Source: Sphingomonas sp. (GTDB lineage Bacteria > Pseudomonadota > Alphaproteobacteria > Sphingomonadales > Sphingomonadaceae). From it: a stretch of 64,000 bases of DNA. Positions within the stretch are counted from its first letter, which is position 1. Every line of letters starts with the position of its first letter. The notes beneath the pieces are model-generated. The model ran no database searches, was not told where the DNA came from, and was given only the letters and a program-made list of their open reading frames with translations. Positions 1-7,589 of this stretch are shown here, piece by piece. The DNA is taken from positions 63,042 to 127,041 of the forward strand of contig NZ_JAMHWM010000026.1 in the NCBI RefSeq assembly GCF_035910975.1, in the 5' to 3' direction. The position numbers and the translations under genes are program-made.

Positions 1-1
1 C

Positions 2-604
2 ACCATGCGCGTGCGCGAGTTCGGCCAGGGCCGCCAGATCGTGGCGGAAACCGTTGCGATGCGACACCCATGCGACCGACAGCAGCCGGGTCCGGCGATC
101 GACGAGTGGCGCGAATTCCGCGACGCCGACCCGCCCGCTCCGGTTCTTCGCCACGCGCAATTCGATGCCGCGGGTCCGTTCAAGCTCACGATACAGGATG
201 AACTCGGTGTCATAGTGCAGGTCGTCGATCACGACGTTGTCGCCCGGCCGAAGTTCCAGGCCCGAAGCGATCAGGTTTTCGGCCTCGGCGGTCGAGAACA
301 GCAGGCCGACTTCATCGGCGTCGGCGCCGATCAGGGCGGCGAACTGCTTGCGGACCCTCTCGGTGGTGCCGAGCAGCATGCCGAGCGTCATCGGCGCCTC
401 GGCCTTGGCGCGCATGAAGCCCGCCGCCGCGTCCGCAACCTGGCGCGACACCGGCGCGATATAGGCCGAGTTCAGGAACGCCCGCCCGTTCGCGACGATC
501 GGGAAATCTTCGCGAACGGCGTCGAGCCGGATTGGCGGCGCCGCCGCCATGGCGCCCGCCCCCGCCGCGCCGAACAGGGCCGCGCGGCGGGTGAGGGAGG
601 TCAC
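2..604 (-). CDS. Class V PLP-dependent aminotransferase (cysteine desulfurase/selenocysteine lyase-like) with twin-arginine signal; runs off the window edge
   Basis: Not in the ORF track. Manual translation from GTG 604, which overlaps the TBDR stop (GTGA): MTSLTRRAALFGAAGAGAMAAAPPIRLDAVREDFPIVANGRAFLNSAYIAP...FSTAEAEN...VIDDLHY...LLSVAWVSHRNGFRHDL. This is typical of the AT-V fold N-terminus. Confidence 0.8.
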   Translation of the reverse strand, partial: MTSLTRRAALFGAAGAGAMAAAPPIRLDAVREDFPIVANGRAFLNSAYIAPVSRQVADAAAGFMRAKAEAPMTLGMLLGTTERVRKQFAALIGADADEVGLLFSTAEAENLIASGLELRPGDNVVIDDLHYDTEFILYRELERTRGIELRVAKNRSGRVGVAEFAPLVDRRTRLLSVAWVSHRNGFRHDLAALAELAHAHG

Positions 605-3600
605 AGGCGAACCTTGGCTCCGACGAAGAACTGGCGGCCGTTGATGTCGCCGAACGAACGGCTCGGGAAGGACGGTCCTTCGTCGAAGATGTTGTTCACA
701 CCCGCGCGAAAGGTGATGCGCGGCAGTTCATACTGAACCGACACGGTATGCCGGGTGTTGGCGGCAAGCACCGGGACCGGGTTGGTCTCGATCGTGTCGG
801 TGAACGACGCCTTCGACGCCGGCAGGTGATAGACCGAGTAGAACATGCGGAACGATCCGAGATGGTAGCGCGCATCAAAGCGCCAGCGCCACGCCGGCAC
901 CGCGATGGTGCCGTCCGACCGGCCGAGATTGAAGCCCGTGCTCGACTGCGCATAATAGTCGTTGTGGGTCGCCTCCACGCCGAATTCCAGCGTACCGACG
1001 TTCGCCTTGAACCAGTCGCTGAGCGGCATGCGATAGTTGAAGTTGTAGATTTCACCCCGATACAGCAGCGTCCCGGCGTTGAACGTCGTCGATGTACCCG
1101 TCGGGGTGAATCCCTGCGCGTCACGGGTGAACGTGTCGCACGCCGCGTTGGGATAGGGGGTGCTGTCGTAGCAGACGGCCATGAAGGTCGCGGGCGTGAA
1201 GGCCGAGAGACCGTCGCTCAGATCGAGCTGCAGGCGATCGGCCGTGAACGTCAGGCCCGGAATGAATTCGGGCTGGATCACCACGCCGAACGTCAGCGTG
1301 TTGGCAATCTCGTTGCGCAGGTTCGGGTTGCCGCGGTTGGTGACCGCCATGAAACCGGTGTTCTCGGCCGGGTTCTGGAACGTCGCCAGCCGCGCTTCCG
1401 CCGACGCACCGGCCGCCGCGCCACCGGTGTAGACGCCGTAGGTCGGATTCGCGGTGAACAGAGCGAGGCAGTTGGCGCGCCGGGTGGCGGGCGCAGGACC
1501 GCTCGCGATACGATCGGCGTCGCATGGATCGTTGCCCAGCGGCAGTCCCGAAACGCTGGCCGGGGCGAATTGCTGGGTCAGGCTCGGCGCGCGGAAGTTA
1601 CGGCTGCGCGACACGCGGAAGGTTATACCCAGGCCCGTGTCCCAGCGACCGCCGACGCCCCAGACCGTTTCCTTGCCCGCGATCGAATGATCGACGAAGC
1701 GCACCGATCCGGTCGCCTCCAGGCTCTTGACCAGCGGCAGGGTGAAGTCGCGGCCGACGAGCGGCAGCAGCAGCTCGCCGGAAAACTCGTTGGTCTTGTA
1801 TCCCTGCGACACCGGCAGGCTCGGCCCGCTGTTGAACACGATGCCCGCCTGCGCGGCCGGTGCCGGCGTGAAATCCACGGTTTCGCGGCGATGTTCATAG
1901 GCGATGCTGAACTTGGCCGTGCCGGCGGGCAGGCGGACGATGTCGCCGCCCAGAGTGGCGAGATAATTGTCCTGGACGTTCTTGAACGACGACCCGTCCA
2001 TGACCGTGATGTACGCCAGTGCCTCCGCGGAGGCCGGCGTGTTGCCGAACGGATTGATCGGACGGCATGCGGCATCGTCGTTGGTCGTGATCGCATCCGC
2101 GTTGATCGCGCAGACGATGGTGTTGCCGACCCGCGTCGCGTTCAGCGCGTTGCCGAAACGGTTGGCCCATTTGTCCGGGTTTTCCGAGAAGCCTTCGGTC
2201 TGCCCCCGACTGGCGGTCAAACTGTAGTAGAACTCGCGCTCGCCGGCCTTGAAATCGCCTTCGAACCCGACCAGCGCGCGCCACGTGTCGGTTTCGGCAT
2301 GCCGGTTGCGATTGGGCAGGATGTCGAAATAGCGCGACAGGAACAGGTTCCCGCCCGCCGCGAACGTCGGGCTTGCCGCATCGAGCGCGGTGATCGCCGC
2401 CGCGGTCAGGTACGGATTGGTGCGGTTGAAGGTCACCGCCTGCCCCTGGGACGCAGCCGACCCCGTCAGCGAGCGGGTGATGCCCTGGATGCCGTACGGA
2501 TCGTCCGCTTCCTGGCGAGCATAGACGAATTCGCCGACCAGCCGCACGCCCTCGGTAAGGTCGAAATGGCCGATGAGCGTACCGGAATAGCGCCGGACGC
2601 CAGCCTGCAATGTCGATAGCTCGCGCCAGTCGCGACCCTGCCCGCCGATCGCGGTCGAACTCGTCCCCTGGATCAGGCCCGGATCATAGGAGGTCACGCC
2701 TTGCCCGTCGGCGGAGAATTGGAGCGCCTGGCCGCCGCTGCGCAGCAGGGAGTTCGGGCTGTTGGCGGTCGAGGAAAAGATAACGCCCTGATTGTTGATC
2801 TGCCACATGCGCCCGCCCAGCACCCACATCGTCGGCGAGATGCCGTCGGTGGTGGAGACATTGGCCGGGTTGGGCACGTTGCGCGCCGACAGCGCGGTCA
2901 GCGGGCGATCGACCTCCAGCAGCGGATCGGTCTTCGAGAATTCCAGATTGACGGCGATATTGCCGCGCCCGCCGCCGAAATTCGTCCCCGCGGTCAACCG
3001 CGCGTAGGGCCGCCAATCGTCGCCGCGCGAACTGATCGAGTTCTGCAGATCGACTTCGATACCCTCGAAATCGTCGCGAAGGACATAGTTCACCACGCCG
3101 GCGATCGCGTCCGATCCATAGACTGCCGCACCGCCCGCCTGCACGACGTCCACCCGCCGGATCAGGCCGGAGGGGATGACGTTGGTATCGACGGTGCGGT
3201 CGCCCAGGCCGGAATCCGACGCAACCATGCGTCGCCCGTTGAGCAGTGTCAGGGTTCGACCGGCGCCCAGGCTGAACAGGTTGGGATAGGTTCTGCCGGC
3301 GCCCGCCGGAAACCCCGTCCCCTGCGACGTCGGGAACGATGGCGTGTTCGACGTCACCTCGTTCAGCATCTGGCCCACCTGGGTGAAGCCGCGTTCCTCG
3401 AGTTCCTGGCGGTCGAACACGCGCACCGGCGCGGCGGTGTCGGTATCGCTGCGACGGATTCGCGAACCGGTGACGACCACCTGGTCTTCCGTCGTTTCCT
3501 CGGTGCTGGCCCCGGCCGTCAGCGGAGCGGTCTGCGCCACAGCCGCGGTCGCGGCGCCCGCCGTCATCGCGGAGGTCTTCAGATAGTACATCCCGCTGGA

Positions 3601-3891
3601 CGTGCGGCTGGTCGACAGTCCGGTTCCCGACAGCAGCTGGCGCAGGCCGTCCTCCGCCGAATAGCGGCCGATCAGGGCCGGCGCGCGCTTGCCGGAGACG
3701 GCCCGCTCAGAGAATATGATCTGCTGGTTGGTCGCGCGGCCGAATGCTCTCAGAGCTCCGCCCAGATCCTGGGACGGAATGTCGAAGCGATATTGCTGCG
3801 GCGCCTGCGCCACCGCATCGGGAACAACCACCGCCACGGTCGCCACCATCGCAGCCGAAACCGCCAAACGAACCAGTCTGGAACCAACCAT
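601..3891 (-). CDS. TonB-dependent receptor with N-terminal STN signalling domain (TonB-dependent transducer)
   Basis: Signal peptide, then an STN-like segment (FDIPSQDLGGALRAFGRATNQQIIF), VVVTGSRI TonB-box region, plug motifs (RTLTLLNGRR, RVDVVQAGGAAVYGSDAIAGVVN) and C-terminal GRQFFVGAKVRL. Confidence 0.93.
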   Translation of the reverse strand: MVGSRLVRLAVSAAMVATVAVVVPDAVAQAPQQYRFDIPSQDLGGALRAFGRATNQQIIFSERAVSGKRAPALIGRYSAEDGLRQLLSGTGLSTSRTSSGMYYLKTSAMTAGAATAAVAQTAPLTAGASTEETTEDQVVVTGSRIRRSDTDTAAPVRVFDRQELEERGFTQVGQMLNEVTSNTPSFPTSQGTGFPAGAGRTYPNLFSLGAGRTLTLLNGRRMVASDSGLGDRTVDTNVIPSGLIRRVDVVQAGGAAVYGSDAIAGVVNYVLRDDFEGIEVDLQNSISSRGDDWRPYARLTAGTNFGGGRGNIAVNLEFSKTDPLLEVDRPLTALSARNVPNPANVSTTDGISPTMWVLGGRMWQINNQGVIFSSTANSPNSLLRSGGQALQFSADGQGVTSYDPGLIQGTSSTAIGGQGRDWRELSTLQAGVRRYSGTLIGHFDLTEGVRLVGEFVYARQEADDPYGIQGITRSLTGSAASQGQAVTFNRTNPYLTAAAITALDAASPTFAAGGNLFLSRYFDILPNRNRHAETDTWRALVGFEGDFKAGEREFYYSLTASRGQTEGFSENPDKWANRFGNALNATRVGNTIVCAINADAITTNDDAACRPINPFGNTPASAEALAYITVMDGSSFKNVQDNYLATLGGDIVRLPAGTAKFSIAYEHRRETVDFTPAPAAQAGIVFNSGPSLPVSQGYKTNEFSGELLLPLVGRDFTLPLVKSLEATGSVRFVDHSIAGKETVWGVGGRWDTGLGITFRVSRSRNFRAPSLTQQFAPASVSGLPLGNDPCDADRIASGPAPATRRANCLALFTANPTYGVYTGGAAAGASAEARLATFQNPAENTGFMAVTNRGNPNLRNEIANTLTFGVVIQPEFIPGLTFTADRLQLDLSDGLSAFTPATFMAVCYDSTPYPNAACDTFTRDAQGFTPTGTSTTFNAGTLLYRGEIYNFNYRMPLSDWFKANVGTLEFGVEATHNDYYAQSSTGFNLGRSDGTIAVPAWRWRFDARYHLGSFRMFYSVYHLPASKASFTDTIETNPVPVLAANTRHTVSVQYELPRITFRAGVNNIFDEGPSFPSRSFGDINGRQFFVGAKVRL

Positions 3892-4099
3892 CTGAAGCCC
3901 CCCTCAGCGCCGTCGCGGTTATCGCGTCTGGCCTGTCCAGTTCTACGCGCGATGCCGCGAAACCCGAAGGACGCAGCAACAAAATTGTTTCAATTGTTAC
4001 TTCTTGCTTCCTTGATTGCAAAAATGGGCCTCTGTTCGGTGGGAACATGCCCCTGCCGCGTATTGCTCCGGGCTGGGTAACTTCACAAAGGGTCGGAAC

Positions 4100-5761
4100 A
4101 TGAGGTTCGTGATCGCCGCTGCCGCGATATTGTCGGGCTCAACCCCGCTGTTCGCACAGGGCGACCAGGCGCCGCAGCTGTCGATAGCCTTGGCTCCCGG
4201 TGCGATCGATCAGGCGGCGGGGCGGGCCGATCTTGCGGTGGTACTCCGGCTGTCGGACGCACGCTTTGCCGCGGGCGACACGCTGTTCGTCCATCAGAAC
4301 ATGGCGCCGCGCATGTCCGGGCCTATCCGTATCGAAGGCCTGTCAGTCGTCGACAACGACGGCGCGGTGCCGATCACCGACGACGGTCAGACGGGGCAGC
4401 GCGGCTGGCGGGCCGGCCGGGCGATCTCCGGTGCGGTCACCGTCCGCTATCGCGTGGCGATCGACAATTCGACGGGCGGCATATTGTCCACCACCCCCCA
4501 CGTCGATGGAGCAGGGGTCTTCGGCGTCGGTAACATGCTGCTGCTGATCCCGCGACAGGATGGAAATTATCGCATCGCGCTCGACTGGGATCTGTCCGCC
4601 CTGCGGCGGGGTGCGACCGCCATCTCGACCTTCGGCGAAGGCGATCAGGCATTGCCGGCCGGCCCGCTTTCGCGCCTGACCTACGCAATGTTCATGGCGG
4701 GCGACGTCAAGCGCGTCCAGCACGATGCATTCGGCGTCTACTGGACCGGCGCCCCGCGCTTCGACATCGCGGCCGCCGCGACCTGGACCGGCGATCTCTA
4801 CGCCTGGATGAGCCGGTTCTTCGCCGACCCCTCACTGCCCCGTTACAGCGTGTTCCTGCGCGAGAACCCGTCGGCCCCCGGGAACGGCGTCGCCGCGCCC
4901 TACAGCTTCGTGCTGGGCTATGGCGCAGCGACCACGGCGGAAGGGATGAAGACGATCCTCGGCCACGAGATGACCCACAGCTGGACCGCCAACGACCTCG
5001 GCAAATGGTACAGCGAAGGCAACGCGGTCTATTATCAGTCCCGGCTGCCGTGGCTCGCCGGCATGATCTCGACCGACCGCTACCTGCGTGACATCAACCT
5101 GACGGCGGCGCGCTACTATACGAATGACGTGATCGCCGAGCCGGACGAGACGATCGTGCCGAGGTTCTGGAGCGACATGCGGTACAATGTGTTGCCGTAC
5201 GATCGCGGCGCGATCTATTTCGCGGTACTCGACGCGCGGATCCGCGCGGCATCGCGAGGCAGGCGATCGGTCGACGACCTGGTTCGCGCGATGGTAGACC
5301 GGCATCGCCGGAACCAGCCGATCGCGGCGGAGCACTGGCTGGACTTGCTGAAGCGCGAACTGGGCGCGGAGGGTCCGCAGCTACATCTGGCGATGATGCG
5401 CGGCGAGCGGCTGGTGCCGCCATCAGGTGCATATGGACCCTGTTTTCGCCGGGTCGCCGCGAAAATCCGCCGCTACGACTTGGGCTTCGGCGGGCCGGAG
5501 ATCGTCCGTCGTCAGATCGTCGAGAATCTCAGGTCTGACAGCGAGGCTGCCCGCTCCGGGCTGCTCGACGGCGACCGGGTCGACTATGCGAGCAGCACCG
5601 AAGGGGCTCAGCGCGATCCCGCGCAGACGATCACGATGAAGGTGATGCGGGGGGACAGGACGTTCGACGTGACCTATCTCCCACGGGGCAAGCCTGTCGA
5701 CGCCTATCAATGGGTCCGTGTGCCCGGCGTGCCCGATGCGCGCTGCCGGCTACTCACGTAA
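4100..5761 (+). CDS. Secreted M61-like (glycyl aminopeptidase family) zinc metallopeptidase with C-terminal PDZ-like domain
   Basis: Start moved to ATG 4100 (MRFVIAAAAIL, signal peptide). HExxH (LGHEMTHSW), downstream WYSEG and YDRGA motifs, and a C-terminal SEAARSGLLDGD PDZ-like segment. Confidence 0.8.
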   Translation: MRFVIAAAAILSGSTPLFAQGDQAPQLSIALAPGAIDQAAGRADLAVVLRLSDARFAAGDTLFVHQNMAPRMSGPIRIEGLSVVDNDGAVPITDDGQTGQRGWRAGRAISGAVTVRYRVAIDNSTGGILSTTPHVDGAGVFGVGNMLLLIPRQDGNYRIALDWDLSALRRGATAISTFGEGDQALPAGPLSRLTYAMFMAGDVKRVQHDAFGVYWTGAPRFDIAAAATWTGDLYAWMSRFFADPSLPRYSVFLRENPSAPGNGVAAPYSFVLGYGAATTAEGMKTILGHEMTHSWTANDLGKWYSEGNAVYYQSRLPWLAGMISTDRYLRDINLTAARYYTNDVIAEPDETIVPRFWSDMRYNVLPYDRGAIYFAVLDARIRAASRGRRSVDDLVRAMVDRHRRNQPIAAEHWLDLLKRELGAEGPQLHLAMMRGERLVPPSGAYGPCFRRVAAKIRRYDLGFGGPEIVRRQIVENLRSDSEAARSGLLDGDRVDYASSTEGAQRDPAQTITMKVMRGDRTFDVTYLPRGKPVDAYQWVRVPGVPDARCRLLT

Positions 5762-5880
5762 AAGGCGCGGCAAGCCAACCGACCCCGTCCGCCGCTGCCG
5801 CCAACCAAACGCAACGCCGGCGGCGCCGGTCTGACGGGTTTGGGGCGACGGTACGCGTCTTTCTTCGGCAGCGGGAGCGG

Positions 5881-7149
5881 TCAGCTACCCTTGCCAAATC
5901 TGCGATGAAAATCGTCAAGCTGGATCGTGAATTCGTCGCGCCCCAGAAAGGCCGCGTCCGTCAATTCGCCCTGGCCGTCCTGCACCTTGTACCATGAGGC
6001 ATATTCCGCGATTTCGGACGAGAATTTTCCATAGTGCGTAGAATAGGTACGCACGTCGATCCGGGGGCGATCGCCGTCGAGCCGGAACTTCAGCACGCGG
6101 AGCCATCCGTCGCCGGTGGCGCCTGTCGTGCCGGCGTCCTTCGCGGTCTGGCCCCGGCTCTGATAGTCGGCCATCATCTGGTAGACGCGATTGCCCGCGC
6201 GGTTCGTGTCGATGCTGAAGGCCTGGCCCGACACGTGCCCGCTCAGCACCAGGAAGATCTGGTCGTGGCGGCTGACGAAGTCGTTCCAGATGATCTCGGG
6301 ATCGCCGTCGCTCGGATCGAGTTTGCTGTTGAGCGGGTTGGACTTCATGTTTCTCCTGCCGTCACGCCCGAGATAGTCGTGGGTGGTGACGATCGTCGGC
6401 AGTCCGGGGTGGCGACGGATCACCTGGGCGGCCCAGGCCAGCGACGCGCGCGGTGCATGATATTGCAGGCCGATGTGCAGGAACCGGCACTGTCCCGCGG
6501 TGAACAACTGCGCGCTGTCGGCCCCGTCGTCGCGCGAATCGACGTACCATGGCTGGCCGGCAAAGAAGGATGACCTTGCGGAGAAGACCGATCCGAAACC
6601 CGTCAAGCCGCCGATATGCCGCACGCCGGCCCGGTCGAGATCGGGGCGCGGCGGGTGCGCGGGATCCGTCCATAGCGCGTCATAGTCGTGATTTCCCGCG
6701 ACCACGGAGAAGGGCAGCCTGCCCTCGATCAGCCGAAACGCCTGGGCGGCGGCGGGAATCTCGAAAGCCCTGGTGTGAACCTTGGGGGACATCGCGGTTT
6801 CCGACCCGCCATTGGGCATCCACTTGAAGCCGCGGGCCGCGTGGGCGGGGTCCATCCACTCGGAATAATGCTGCCATACGTCGCCGACATGGGTGGCGAA
6901 GACGATGTCCCCGCCGGAACTCCGGGCATTGCGGGCGATCCACCACATCTGGGTGTTCATCTGCTCGATCGCGTCAAAGGCGAAGCCGGACCATTTCTGA
7001 CGCCGGTAATCGACATAATTCTGGGTGTCGGGGATCATCGCCACGCTGAAATCGCCGCAATCTCCCTGTCGATATGTGGTTGCGTTCGCCGAAGCCGCGG
7101 CGGCCATCGCCACAAGCGACAGGGCTGTCTTCAAAGCTGCGCGCTTCAT
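5881..7149 (-). CDS. Secreted calcineurin-like metallophosphoesterase
   Basis: Sec signal (…AAASANA); metal-binding motifs PDTQ, VGDV, AGNHD, TTH and SGH. Confidence 0.8.
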   Translation of the reverse strand: MKRAALKTALSLVAMAAAASANATTYRQGDCGDFSVAMIPDTQNYVDYRRQKWSGFAFDAIEQMNTQMWWIARNARSSGGDIVFATHVGDVWQHYSEWMDPAHAARGFKWMPNGGSETAMSPKVHTRAFEIPAAAQAFRLIEGRLPFSVVAGNHDYDALWTDPAHPPRPDLDRAGVRHIGGLTGFGSVFSARSSFFAGQPWYVDSRDDGADSAQLFTAGQCRFLHIGLQYHAPRASLAWAAQVIRRHPGLPTIVTTHDYLGRDGRRNMKSNPLNSKLDPSDGDPEIIWNDFVSRHDQIFLVLSGHVSGQAFSIDTNRAGNRVYQMMADYQSRGQTAKDAGTTGATGDGWLRVLKFRLDGDRPRIDVRTYSTHYGKFSSEIAEYASWYKVQDGQGELTDAAFLGRDEFTIQLDDFHRRFGKGS

Positions 7150-7313
7150 CTTTGTCCATCTCCCTCCACGCGATTATCAGCCGGGTGACCCGGCACATCG
7201 ACATGCCCCACCCATCGGCGCAACGCGCCGCAACAATGCGCGCTGGCGGCGACGCGGAGCCCGCTCCCCCGCGCGTCTATCAATCCGGAACACCCCGTCC
7301 CCTGTCGAGCACG

Positions 7314-7347
7314 AGATCATAAAACAGTCATAAAATAGCGTTATTGT
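7314..7347 (+). promoter_or_regulatory. Pho-box-like tandem repeat plus -10 element
   Basis: AGATCAT-AAAA-CAGTCAT (11-bp period; consensus CTGTCAT-A(A/T)A(A/T)-CTGTCAY), followed after 10 bp by TATTGT. Confidence 0.6.
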
Positions 7348-7589
7348 AAAAGAAGGGCAAGGAGTTCGGTCGGCCTGGAAAGCGCCGGAATCGACATTAA
7401 AATCTGTGTCTTATCAATGCTATAATTATCTGCCGGATCGAGGATGGACGGAAGCATGAACATTAACGCTATTGACAATCCTATTCATTGGCGAGGAAGG
7501 AAGGGTCCAGGGCGGGCTGCCGTTCGCGTCGTTGCGGCGGGCGGCCAACCTTCAGGATCATTCGATTACGACAGCCAGGGAGAGGTTTC

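Noticed and set aside
5-736. 243-aa plus-strand ORF at the window start
   Set aside because: Shadow of the minus-strand class V aminotransferase; no recognisable motifs.
7391-7477. TATAAT (7421) and TTGACA (7472) as a canonical sigma70 promoter
   Set aside because: The order and spacing are wrong, and neither hexamer has a correctly spaced partner.
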